Assembly (NCBI GenBank): GCA_001929475.1
Contig: LXFE01000206.1
Location: 1 to 64,000, forward strand
Direction: 5' to 3'
Length of the DNA stretch: 64,000 bases
Origin: Neolecta irregularis DAH-3
Lineage: Eukaryota
The notes beneath the pieces were generated by a model that had not been told where the DNA came from, made no database searches, and saw only the letters and a program-made list of their open reading frames with translations. Each line of letters starts with the position of its first letter. Positions within the stretch are counted from its first letter, which is position 1. The translations under genes and the position numbers were made by a program. Shown here in pieces: positions 11,561 to 24,151 of the stretch.

Positions 11561-13570
11561 ATGTCCGAGGATTTGTCTAGACGTTTAGGTGCTCTGGGAA
11601 TAACAGAGAAAATCAAACCATTCTCGGATTGCAATCTTGAGGGGAACCCAATCGATATCTTCAAATCGTACATCGCTGATCAACTGTCTCAAATTTCTGG
11701 AAGCGACCCGAATACAATTTTGGACGCGCTCGAGACCCCATTAAAGCCAGAAAATGGGGATTTGATTATACCCATCCCAAAATTGAAATTAAAAGGCAAC
11801 CCCAACAATTTTGCTACACAGTGGTCAGAAAAAGTAGTAATTTAGCCCTTCATCAAGCTAAGCGCTATTAGTTTCCAACTTCGTCTCTCATTTCTTCGAC
11901 AAATGCATCAGGTGTCTTTCTGAAATTCTTCTTCTCCGATAGCTACCTGAAGAATATCGTACTGAAAGACATCTATACACGAGAGGCATTATATGGACAG
12001 AACGAATCTGGGAAAGGAAAAAAAGTCATCGTCGAGTTCTCCAGCCCAAATATTGCAAAAGAATTCCATGCCGGTCATCTTAGGAATACAATGCTCGGTG
12101 CTGTCATCGCAAATCTGCACGAATCCTGTGGCTGGAAAGTCTATCGTATGAATTATCTCGGTGATTGGGGAAAACAGTTTGGTACATTGCGTTACTTTTT
12201 CGAACACGCTAATCTGGAGGTCTTCTAGCCATTGGATTTGAACGATTCGGGAGCGAAGAAGAACTAGCTAACAATCCGTTCGAACATCTATATAACGTCT
12301 ACGTTCGTATCAATTCCGAAGCGGAAGCGGAAGAAGTGAAAATCAATGCCGCAAAGCTCTTGGTGAAAGAAAACGGCGAGGAATATACCCGCCCTGAAAA
12401 CAACCTGCATGACTTAGCCCGAGCCTATTTTCACAAGATGGAGAATGGTATGGACCACTTATCCCAAAAAAGGAAAAGCTAAGAAAAGGTGACGAATCTG
12501 CTCTCAGCTTGTGGAAACGATTCAGGGATTACTCAATCCAGAGGTTCAAAACCAATTATGCGCGTCTGAACGTTCACTTTGATGAGTATTCGGGAGAATC
12601 ACAAGTCAGCAATGAATCTATCGACAAAGCAATGAAAATTCTCGATTCAAAGGGTTTGCTAGTCCGGGATGATGGCGCAGTACTAATTGATTTCAACGAT
12701 AAGAAACTTGGAAAAGCTATCATCACCAAAAAGGATGGTACAACACTTTATTTGACCAGAGATATCGGCGCCGCTCTTCAACGCTATGAGGACCATAAAT
12801 TCGATAAAATGGTCTACGTTGTTGCTAGTCAACAAGACCTGCATCTCGCGCAACTTTTCAAGATCCTTGAGAAAATGGAATATCCCTGGGCCGATCGATG
12901 TCTTCATGTCAATTATGGACTAGTGAAGGGAATGTCTACTCGCAAAGGAACAGCTGTGTTCTTAGACGATATCTTGAAAGACACGGCTGATAAAATGCAT
13001 GAAGTTATGAGGACAAATGAAACGAAGTATCACCAGGTTCAAAACCCCGAGAGCACAGCTCATATTGTTGGAATGGCGGCCATTATAGTTTCTGACATGT
13101 CTGGAAAACGGTAAATCTCATTGTTTAATTGAATATTGCTAACGCACAGAAATAACAGTTATACATTTAGTTGGGATCGCATGTTCAACTTTGAGGGAGA
13201 TACCGGGCCCTATCTTCAATATGCTCACGCACGACTCTGTTCAATGGAACGAAATTCCGAGTTCAGACTAGAACATCTCTCTGCTGCAGATTTCTCAAGC
13301 CTCAATGAAAGGCAGGCAATTAATCTCCTTCGCATACTTTCTCAATATCCGGATGTTGTTCTCAGTGCCTTCAAAACCCAAGAACCTTCTACTATCGTCA
13401 CATATCTGTTCAAAATGACCCATTGCATGAGCAGCTGTTACGATGTCCTATGGGTCGCTAATCAACCTCACCATATCGCCCTTCCCAGGATGGCGCTATA
13501 CCGTGCTGCTAGAGTGGTATTAGGAAATGCGTTGAGATTGCTGGGGATCACGCCTGTCGAACGCATGTAA
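11561..13570 (+). CDS. RRS1: Arginyl-tRNA synthetase, multi-exon
   Basis: [17 protein letters not shown] (HIGH-type), [32 protein letters not shown]-terminal GITPVERM. Confidence 0.97.
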
Positions 13571-13895
13571 AATATTCCTTCATGTTGGCGATTAGGGAAA
13601 ATAGATTGTGCATGTTGAATTACGATTTTGTTCATTCCTCTCCTGACCAGCAAGGATGGGCAAACTCGATCCAACCTGGATGGACAAAGCTGCTGTCAGG
13701 GCCATCTGGTTCAACTAGGGTAACATGTAAATGTAAAGGGGCTGCTGGAGAGGGTGATAGAGTGCGACGGCGTTTTGGTGTGGCACTGCAGAAAGCATTG
13801 TGCCCAAATAACATTAAAAAATGTCACATTTCCTGTTTATAATATCATGATATTTTTTCCAGGTGGCTACTGAACGTAGCCTAAAACAAAGTGTT

Positions 13896-14612
13896 TTATA
13901 CATAGAGGGTCTCCCGTTCTTCTCTAGAGACTCTTTTACCCGGTTTCCGACGACTACAAAGAGCTATACAACCCCGACAGCTTGCAACAATACAGAACCC
14001 GATAGCAGTCAAGACCATTGCAGCGACTAAACTAGAAATGAGGTAAACGCCTGCCAGAGTTGCCTTCGTTAAAGGTTTGGAATCCTCATAAGATTTAAAA
14101 GACAATGATTCTTCTGCGAGCTTAGAGACTGTTTCGTCCTTACCAAGAGACGACCCTGTCATGGTGAAGTAGTATTTGGAAGAAGGGAGGGAAGAATGTT
14201 TGTTTTTCGATGCAACGCAAAGGTTCTTATCTGTGCTGTATACCATTACTAGATCTCCCTTGAAAGACTGGATCTCCGATATCATCTTCTCCTGGTCATC
14301 ACAAGAAACCGTGAGGAGATCAATATCAGACATTACGCGCTTTTGCTTTACTGTTAACTGCCATCTTTGGGAAAGAATGAATACTTCAAGTTTTCTCGCA
14401 ATTCCTGCTACATCGACGCCGGTTAATGCTTCATATGTAACCTTGACAACCGGTTCTCCATATGTATTGCTGAAAGTTAACGTTCTTAGATCCGAAGAAT
14501 CCTTCGTATGCCCGTTGTCCGCAGGTGCAATATCATGCTGGTAGTTTGACGAACCAGGAGCTCCACGAGCTAGAATAGGCACCGCAACGCTTAAAATAAA
14601 TGTGAAGAGCAT
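13896..14612 (-). CDS. Orphan single-pass type I membrane protein (238 aa)
   Basis: Intronless; N-terminal signal peptide, one C-proximal TM helix, then Cys cluster and basic cytosolic tail. Confidence 0.75.
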   Translation of the reverse strand: MLFTFILSVAVPILARGAPGSSNYQHDIAPADNGHTKDSSDLRTLTFSNTYGEPVVKVTYEALTGVDVAGIARKLEVFILSQRWQLTVKQKRVMSDIDLLTVSCDDQEKMISEIQSFKGDLVMVYSTDKNLCVASKNKHSSLPSSKYYFTMTGSSLGKDETVSKLAEESLSFKSYEDSKPLTKATLAGVYLISSLVAAMVLTAIGFCIVASCRGCIALCSRRKPGKRVSREERETLYV

Positions 14613-15573
14613 TCAGGTCAAAAAGAAGTGATTCGTGAACCAATCCGGATTACGATTGTTTTTTATCTATGTCCGCATCCGGAGTGGCTTCAAAATAGCT
14701 GATTTCGGCCAACTCTTTCTTGGAGCTTTCAATCAGTTCGCCAGGTTGGAAATCCTAACAATTGAAAGATACTCTATGACATGTGGGACTGGTGGTTCAT
14801 CAGAAGGTAGCCTCCACAACAACTTTGCCAGCCAGAACAACATGCGTTTTACGTTATATAAATGAATTAGATATTATCATTTCAAAAGCATTCGATTTGA
14901 AAGACATTGCTATTATATGAAAATCCAAAAATGCGCAAGTGGCCTGAGTCAATGTTATACAGGAACGTAGAACTTTTAAGAGGTTACGGGTAGTGGTAGA
15001 GTGAGGAGCCTGTCTGCCCTCTAGTTTCCCTACATGGTTTTCCATCAGGGCTGGATCCGTAAGAGAAGTCCCAGATTTCTAGCGTATTTAAGAGTTAATC
15101 CTACAACCTAGTTCTATTAGATACATGAGCCTCTAAGAATTATGAGTGGCCAGTGGTGTTTTCAAAAGCGGATGTGGCTTGAATGGCGCAAGTAATACTT
15201 TCCGCTTTCAGTGTCCCCAATGCCTCCCCCGCCCCCGTCGAAGCCTCTTGATTGGGTGAGGGGCTTTGCGTATTCGCCACTACATATGGATCTGGCCACT
15301 ATTTACAATAGCTACAGGAGACACTTATGACGATGAGATTACATACATAGATATCTGCAAATGGTAACTTTGACCAAGCAGAAGGTAGACCACGGTGTCA
15401 CTGTTTTGTTAGACCTTCAAACACTAATGCAGCTTTCCCAAACCGGAATCTCACAGTTGGAATGATATGTTGTTTGGTTGCCTCCTCCCAAGTCTCCACA
15501 TTCGGTTCTAGTTTTACATTAACTTCTACCCCCAGAAAGGTTGTCGCCTTTCATCCTGTTCGGGTCGCCTGCT

Positions 15574-16460
15574 ATGGAACATCCCGGACTAACCTCGCAT
15601 GAGAAATGGATTCTCCAGGGCGTGACGTTTGCCTTCCTGATATACTGTTTGTTTCGGGTTTATCTTCCTACCGAGGCCGCGATTCTAAGTGCTAGATGGT
15701 GATTCCAATGACTCGAAGTCTGAAATCAAAAGAAGACATTATTAAATTATTCACGACTCAACCCATTTTCATAGCACTAACCGTGTCGTGCCTTATATCA
15801 GGGATCCTTTTTTTTCTTAAGGGTTATTACAGTTTTTCGAAACACTTCGATCTTATGGCCCACGCTCTATATGCATGCTTCGAGATGGCTGTATCCTGGT
15901 CTCGTATGCCTCGAAACCTATTTGATGACCGTCCGCGGCTGTTTACAAAAACCATGTTCATCGTCGGTGAGACCCTAGTCGGCAGCTCAATTCTCCTACG
16001 TTTTTTGGCCACGGCTATCTACGGCGTTCCCTGGGTTCATGCCGTTGCCAAATGGTGGAGTGTGATTAGCTCTATTTCATTTGTGGCTAGTGAAATGAAT
16101 TGTTTCATTCAGACCCGGAGGATGTTGAAGGAAATGCCTTCCGATTTTGAAGATTTTGACAAGACAAAGCGTGTCCTTGGATATCTAATCGAAGCGAATG
16201 CGGCGGCCAGTGTAGCTGGAATATACTCCCTATTCTACATCATTTATGGATATTTTACGCTTGATTGTTTTGCGATATTCGGTGGGAGTATCGCGTTCAA
16301 AGCATACGCCTCCGTATTTGCTATCACCTTTGCACGTAGCAGCAGAACAATAACCGCAACCCACAATACTGGCAAAGAAAGTTCTTCTGTAGCCTCTGCT
16401 CATGGCAACAAATATTTGGCCGTTTCCGCAGAGACAGGTTCAATTGAGTCTAGTGTCTAA
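15574..16460 (+). CDS. Orphan 7-TM (GPCR-like topology) membrane protein
   Basis: Exon 1 15574-15657 (MEHPGLTSHEKWILQGVTFAFLIYCLFR), 38-nt GT-AG intron, exon 2 15696-16460; about seven hydrophobic segments and Ser-rich tail. Confidence 0.7.
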
Positions 16461-17437
16461 TAAAAGGAAAGGAAATACTGTATGATTGGTAGATATATCA
16501 GCCCAAGTTCCGCCAATTCCGTTTCATGTTCAAATGCCGCCTTGAAGTTTACATAGGATTAATCATAATGTTTTTTAAATTTTATCATTTTTTGTACAGT
16601 TACACAACTTCACCGATAGTATTTAAGGCTATCTAGGACTGCGGGGTTTGGGTTTCGTAACACTAATCGTCATCTTTAATGGATTATTTGGCTCACTATG
16701 TCCAAACATGAGCCTCAAATGTCATTGTCAATAGGACGATTTTTTGTTGTGAGATGAAACGAAAATTTTTCCTTCTCATTTCATCTACCTGCACAGTACA
16801 AGATCAAGTAAATCAATCGATATAGAATCTGATGTTCTAGAGGCGTCTCCCTTTCTTCCCATTGCCTTGATAGTTTCTTGTCACTAAGTCTTACTTAAGA
16901 ATCTGAAAAACCTACCTATAGTTGTCGCTGAACAATCTCTGATTACAAGAAAAGAAAGGGGCTTAACATGGGAGTTATGCTGAAAGACATGCTTTGTTGT
17001 AAGCAGATGGCAAAGAAAGCACATGTAACACACAGGCTGCAGTTGTAGAGCTTTGCACACTTAAATGACCAGAATAAAAACAAGAATTCAGATTGTTAGA
17101 TTCCTTTGCTGGATAGATAGAGTATTATTCACTGGTCCTATAAGCAGGCACCTACAGGTCTATTTATGGGAAACTGAAATAGCCGTGTCGGATATAGAAA
17201 CCTAGACTCTCACCAAAGGAAAAGCCAAACGAGACCCGTTTAAAATATACTCCAGAAGATTACTATATCTTTTTCGCACCAGAAACAACACTTATTGTTC
17301 TAGCAAACATTGGAGGAATCAGGGTTTGAAGTCTAGATAAAATAACATAGGAGACGTGCCATTAAACTGTCAATCGGAAATCGAGCCCGCTAGAGGGACC
17401 CAAAAATCTTGCTGACCATTTGACAAAGAGGAGAGAT

Positions 17438-17940
17438 CAGCGTTCCCAACCGACTGGACCAAATCGACTGTCTAATCAGACCGTCTACTTGGACCAGACC
17501 AGCCCTTTGAAGCGGTCTAGACCTACTAGACTAGAGCTTGAGTTGGTCTAGACGGTCAAAACAGTCTGAATCTTTCATATATATAGTTAGTTGCTTAGAA
17601 GAAATAGTAGAAGGGAAAAGGTACCTGGCAAAGGGAGTTTTGTAGAGGTGAGGCAAATTGAAGTTGAGTTTCGCTGTGACCAAAATCTCAAAAATATATC
17701 TTCCCTGCCTCACATGAAATAACCAATAGCGCTAACATCTGAATTACAAAAATGAGTGACTGGCGAATCTTCAGTTATTTACAATGTTTCCAGTGCTTCC
17801 CCTCCCATTGTAATCAAAGCAACCCAGTTCTATTAGTTAATCTTTTCAGAATGTATCAGACGGTTTAGACCGACTGGTCTGGTCTATGGCCTGTTTAGAC
17901 AGACCAGACCAAGGCATCCAGTGGTCCAGACCGACCAGAC
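17438..17940. mobile_element. Second, diverged and inverted copy of the hAT-type MITE
   Basis: Starts cagcgttcccaaccgactggacca; internal gaggcaaattgaagttg, ttttcagaatgtat and ggtttagaccgactgg are reverse complements of 1780-2287; far TIR eroded. Confidence 0.85.
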
Positions 17941-19000
17941 CAAGAAATTCCATAGAAACTTTCATATCTGGAGCGCTTGCAGACTGAAACGTGATACTTA
18001 ATCTTTACTATTCTGTTCACAATGTTCAATTCTCTGCACGAAGTCTTCGAGAATGCTCCGGCAGTTTGACATCTGTCAGGGTCGACAACCGCAGACATTT
18101 AATCAATTGGTCTAGAGAGAAGGTGATAGGATAACCCGGAATGGCGCCTGGTCTCCATTCCTCCTTTGATCCCTTCTAGATTTCAGTCCCTTTAGAGGAC
18201 AAAATATTGATATGGAGAACAGATGTGTACACTGCGTGGAAACCCCGAGAATAGCATAAGGAAACAGGCAACAAGAGACAATGCTAGCGAATTCCTCATT
18301 AAGGGAGAATGAAGTTATCGATCGCGCTTGTTGTTGATGAAACAGCCCTGATATACAGTTTCTTATTGTTGCTAACACGCAAGATGTTGGTAAGGGGATT
18401 TACAGACCCTGCTTGGGTAAAGGTAGGATGGATCCTGTTTAGTGCATTTTGCGGATGCCCACTGAGGTTGTCTGACTGACATTGTCTAGGGTTAGCTCAG
18501 GCCTAATGACTGAGTGAAGTAGTCTAGAAGCTTGTGAACTGGCGAGTCACTATGATTCGAACGAAGCATAAGTATTGTTAGATGACTTGGCTGAGATATT
18601 ATTCTTGTCTGATGATTTTAGCCCATTCACAATTGCTTATTGTTGTTAATCCACCGCTTGATACGACAGAAGAATGACTCGTCTGCTTTGGAGTATGCGC
18701 TTATCGGATGGTCTGTGCCACCTTGCGAACCTCTAATAATGTCTCACAAGTACGGATAATGAAGGCTGTTATTCTCAGAACAGACGAATACTAATCTGTC
18801 CGAATTGTTCGGTAGGCTCAAGATTTTCCAGGCCCTCTATTCCCCAAACAGTGTCAATTCGCGTGTTTCATAGTTTCCGAAAGAGTCATTGGTGAAGGCG
18901 GTGTCTGAACAGTCATCCGCTACGTCGCCGTCTATTCTCGGTATGAAATTTTCCGATATTTTACTCATCCCCAATTCCCATATTGAGCACACAAGCTGCA

Positions 19001-20163
19001 ATGCCCTCAATCAGGCAACACGGCCTTCCGATCTCCGTTGGTTTCGAAATCCCTTCACTCCCACTGGTTTCCTATGAGTCTCCAAAGATCTCATCCGGAG
19101 CATTATTGACCGGGAACATCAAGCTTGAAATCAATGTTTCATCCCTTGAACTCGACAGTTTTATCGTCGAAGTTATCCAATTAGTCACATCAAAAAGACC
19201 TGTCAAAACTTCCTGTCTAGATTGCATAACTCGAAAACGCACCATGTGCATCAAAAGATACATCTCTGTCCCAGTGTTGATGGCTCAAGGATCCCACGAA
19301 TACCCTCTGACATTTCTCTTTAAAGGATCCTGGCCGGCCACCACTTCATCGCGTATATCATTAATCGAGTACTATCTCGTTGCTACAGTTACAAGTGGAA
19401 AGAGAGATGGGAAAACAGTGTCCTATATCTCCGAAAGGCCAATTCATCTGAACAGATCATATGAATATCTGGAGGAGGGCCTAAAACACCTTCGAAAATT
19501 TCCCGATACATCCGTCAAGTGCAAGATTTTTCTCCCCACAAGTATTCATCCCCATTCAAGCTTTCTAGTCACGATCCAATTCACCGGTTTGAAAGAACAG
19601 AGTGGAGATGTTTGGGGTATTGACAGCCTTAACTGGATGTTGAAAGAATACGGAGTCATCGTCAGCCTTCCCTGCTTCCAACACGCGCACCATACTTCTT
19701 CTCATGGGTTTGTTCACGAAGAGAAGAAAATTGTCGGCGCGGGACGAATAAGTAAAGGATTCAAATACATTGATGCTCAAAAATCCGAGTGTCATATGGA
19801 ATTTGAATTCTTTTCTGGACAGGAAGCCGCGAGCGATGTTTCCGGACCCAGCGGAATTGAGATTTCCCACGACATGACTCTCGATTTCACTGTTCTTCTA
19901 GCTAGGAAGGGCGCTGGTCTGTCAACACGGGTATTGAGTATGAAATGTCCAGTTGTCATCTCAAGTAGACCCGGAATGGGCATATCATGGGATAATGAAA
20001 CACCCCCAATGTATGGAACCATACCACGACACAAACTGACGACTGTAGTTATGATCACATCAAAGATCTCGGGCCGCCTCAGTACAACGGACTTTCCTTC
20101 CCTATTACATCTTCTTTCCAGCCTTATTTTCATCCTCGTATTGAAGCTGTGGATGGATACTGA
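19001..20163 (+). CDS. LDB19: Arrestin-related Rsp5 adaptor, Ldb19/Art1 family
   Basis: ESPK...LLTG, CLDC, HEYPLTFLFKGSWPATT, RPGMGISWDNETPPxY; intron 20011-20048 gives a second PPQY; start ATG uncertain. Confidence 0.85.
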
Positions 20164-20388
20164 ATTCACCAAAATTTTCCTTGTATAACATATGCATTCC
20201 TTTTGAGGTTGTTTTCTTTGGATATTCTTAAAAAGATCAAATGGAAAGCTTTTAAATCCATGATGCCATTGAATATTGATATCTGGGTTGGGCAGGTGAT
20301 TCCTTTGTCAACCTCAACCACACCGAGTATTCTTTACTTTTTACTTCTTGCCGTTTCTATCATCACAATCAACTATTAAGATACACGG

Positions 20389-21224
20389 ATGGGCAACGAT
20401 GGGGGTTCAATTCCCAAGCGAACCGATCTTGTCAAACTATCGGCGAGAGAGGCATATACCAAAGAACTCGACGCGGCCACCTCGACAGACTCTCTTACTT
20501 ATTGCGCTCTATCTAAAAGGCCACTGTCTTCCCCCCTCGTATCATGTGCACTGGGCCGTTTATATAATAAGGACGCTGTTCTAGAGTATCTCATTTCTCC
20601 GGAAACATGTTCATTCGGAGATGCAGATATCACAATTCCCCATGTCAAAAATATTAAAGACGTGGTTGTACTGAAATTGACGGAGAATTCAGAATGGGAC
20701 GAAGATAAGATGAATGCTAAATGGACATGTCCTGTCACGAGACGGGAGATGAATGTCGGTGGGAAATTTGTTTATCTTGCCGGTTGTGGGGACGTTTTTT
20801 CAAAAGATGCGGTTGACACTATTGAATCAGACGAATGTTTACAAGTATTGTTTCTCCTCATTTGTTTTCATTTACATTCTAGTGCGGAAGTAAATTTGAG
20901 AAACAAGATGTAATTCCGATTAATCCGTCAAAGACAGACTTACCTGCTCTCAAAGCGCGAATGGAGAAACTCGAGTCGAAAGGAATCACCCATAGTCTTG
21001 TTCCGGCGAAAAAGTCTAAGAAAAGGAAAGCAGACAAACAGGATCAACATGTTCTAACAATTAAACGTATTAACACGGCTCCCGAAGTAAAAAGTGGAAC
21101 TGTTGCCGGTGATCTCGCAAGGAGAGTAGGTGTCGACGTTAAAGTAAAGGAACAGAGTGATGCCATCAAGAGCCTCTATGCTACTAAGAAGACTATTAAA
21201 GCTGGAAATGGATTTTTGAATTGA
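20389..21224 (+). CDS. RTF2: Replication termination factor 2
   Basis: MGNDGGSIPKR, CALSKRPL, LGRLYNKDAVLEYL, CPVT, GCGDVFS; one intron. Confidence 0.95.
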
Positions 21225-21393
21225 TGAAAACCAGAGGCGATTTTTACAAAATAAGGATACATATGTACTACTACCTGAACTACTCAGTCCGATGCTACGA
21301 GCATAGAGTCTAAACATCGATAAAGATGGTGGGAGCAAGTAATTAACACTGCGAAGATATATGCAGCGGAGAGAAGGTTAATAATACACAATT

Positions 21394-22182
21394 TTACCAC
21401 CATTCAATGTCTCCCAGTCCCGGACCATTGCAGCTTCCCTTAATTAAATGAGCTTAAATTTATAAATCACGAATGATACGATAATGGTATATGGAGCTTG
21501 CTTATTCTCTTCGTCAATTTTACTAGTTTTTGGTGTAGTGTCGACAAATCGCTCATCAGCAACCGCAAATCGTATCTGAGCTCCAGGATCGAAATAAGCG
21601 TCATTGGCTTCGTTATGCCATATCCAAACCTGTTCGTCTTGGTTGCTTTTTTCTAGTTAACAGATAAAATATTGTTTGCAACGTACAATGTTGAATTATC
21701 GAAGAGTAAAGTAGCTGGTATAAATATATCATCAAAGAATTCCATAGAAACTAAGATGAGCCGTTAAATGTGACATCAAGGTGTACCTTTGATCCCAGTA
21801 GGCGACTGGCTGCTGATTTTTCCAGCTAAAACTTCTCCTCGAAAAGGCCGGAACACTACGAGTCTAAATTCAGCCTCGATATACGCTGATCCATCTCCGT
21901 GCTTTATGGTACCCTCCGAAATCGATATCAGATCAAATAAACATATTGCAAGACCGAGATCTTGGACAACCTAGCCAAGTATTAATATATATTTGTAAAT
22001 GATCATAGAAAAGGAATTCCTCTTTCTGCTTGAGGATTTCGGGCTTCTCAAAGTTAAAATGTGATACATACCTTATTGGCAAACTTGGAGTTTAATTGTT
22101 CTGTCACTGCCTCAAAAGTTGGTTTTCGGAACGAATTCGGAACGAGAGCAACAATATCCGTCAAACGAGATAAAATGAACAT
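21394..22182 (-). CDS. RPC25: RNA polymerase III subunit C25 (RPC8)
   Basis: Spliced minus strand reads MFILSRLTD...LNSKFANKVVQDLGL...VFRPFRGEV...GLGDIEWW*. Confidence 0.92.
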
Positions 22183-22547
22183 GATGATCAGACCCTCTCT
22201 GGATCACGTTGCATTGGGCTGAATCAAACCGATCTTGTCCCGGAATTTCTGGTGTCGACTCTTGAGGAAGTTTCAACGTCGGAGTCAACTGGCTTCATAG
22301 GAAGAGCAGATTCCTGCCTAAATCCATTTTGCAGAAACAAACTACGTCAATTAATTGAAAGTATTCGAGACCTGAGCTATTGTAGGCTTCGATCTGAACG
22401 GATATAGAAGACTAGATATACAAAGGAAATTTTGATTCACGGATAACCGGAACCGATGCTACAATTACTTGACCACAAGATTCCAACTGTCTGTATTATC
22501 TGATTCAAATTTCTAAGTAAGACAATGGATCTCAAGCAATAGGCAGC

Positions 22548-23319
22548 TTAAAATCGACGACCACCTCTGCGCGCAGGCGAAGGGCTTCGGCTCACACTTC
22601 GGCTTCCCCGCCCTTCAGCCTTCCGTAGCTCCTTCCGGTATTTTCGTTGACTTAACTCAAGTTCCTTCTTCAAAACTGGACTTGGCTGTTTTGGGTGCTA
22701 AGAGATGGTCAGCAAAAACACTACACATCTTGATCATACCAAAAAATTACAAAATCCGCCACGAACGCAATCATCTTGCAAGTACTGCCGACAACATGCT
22801 TCTCTGAAGTCTGTGACAGGTGATAGTTCTGCATAGATGGGTCTACCAGCATACCATCTCGAATTGAGAGCATCAACAGCCTTTCCAGCAGCATCTTCAT
22901 ATTTGAACCGTGCGTAAACGTTTCCAATCAAATCTACCCAGACATCAGCCTAGCAGCGAAAAACTAAAACATACGATCACCCATATTGTCGCAAACATGC
23001 AGCTCTTCCAACTCGCCGTATTGACTCAATTCGCAGTAGAAATCCTCGAAAAAGGCATCAAAGTGAGCTTGTACCTGTGCCTTATTTAATTTATTTTCGG
23101 GAAGATGAGCTGGATTTTGATAGATATTGGAGCATAAGATTGTTTGGGAATAATTTGGTTTAACATGTTTTCTAGAACACCGGTCCCCGTGTCGACAGGC
23201 GCCGATTTTGTAGTAGAAGGAACAGTTGACTTTGTCAGCCTCGGTTCCATAAATACTGGCGAGAAAACTGAAAATATAGTTAGCCGAGACAATGGAGATA
23301 GAGTATTGTACCTGGCCAT
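22548..23319 (-). CDS. U2AF1: U2AF small subunit (U2AF23/35)
   Basis: YLASIYGTEADKVNCSFYYKIGACRHG, VCDNMGDHLIGNVY, AELSPVTDFREACCRQ, RS tail. Confidence 0.97.
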
Positions 23320-24151
23320 CTCGAGTTAGGTGGTAGTTGACAAGAGTTGAAGTTCTGGCGAGGTCAAAAATTCCGATTCACTTGCTTTCCAACCTCAAAC
23401 TTCGAGGTAGAACAATCTGAACTTTGCAAAAAGGGTTTTCTTGTTAATAAACACGTTGGCGATATCGGAAATAGAAACCTTGTATTGTAGGAATTTGAGG
23501 CGTAGAAAGAACAGAAAGCGGTGGCGAATGATTACAAATCCATATTTCCATCGTTCAATGAATACCGATCCATTGAACGATGCTAATATCAAAATGTCTC
23601 TTCATAATTGAGATTCTGAAAGGAGTATCTCAATTTCCCTATTTCACACTTTAATATTTTTTAAATTTCTTTCTCTCTGACGATTTCCTTCTGTGAGATT
23701 TGGATTGCCAGCAATTTAAGTTCATAAGTAGCGCTATTCACACAAATTTTCAGTAGGCAGCCTATTAATATTCACTGGTTTTCCAGGAGCCTCCTAGGTG
23801 TTCCACAGTTGAAGAAAGAAAAGTTTACCGGACTGGAAATAAGTAGTCTGCCATAGAGAGAAATCAAGACTATACTCGAAGATTTATAAATTCCGATTAA
23901 CTATTTTTGTGTCTTGGGGACTTGAATATCATGCTCATGTCTCAAGGAAGATTACGTTTGCTGGCTTCTAAAGATTTTTCCTGCAGCATTTCGTGTCGTA
24001 GCAGACGAGAGGACGTTATGAATTAGATACATACCTTTTGAAAACATTATAGAACGCAACCAACACCTTTGCTGGGTAAAACCAATCTGAAGCTTCAATT
24101 GAATCGAAGCAACAATGGACAGGCCATAATTCATCATCAGAGGCATAGCGA

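Noticed and set aside
16900-17430. Possible decayed retroelement coding remnant
   Set aside because: Only a vague LLD motif amid stops; no recognisable RT, integrase or transposase motif
23400-24150. Possible small gene between U2AF1 and PEX8
   Set aside because: Could not build a consistent spliced ORF; short ORFs overlap the PEX8 3' region
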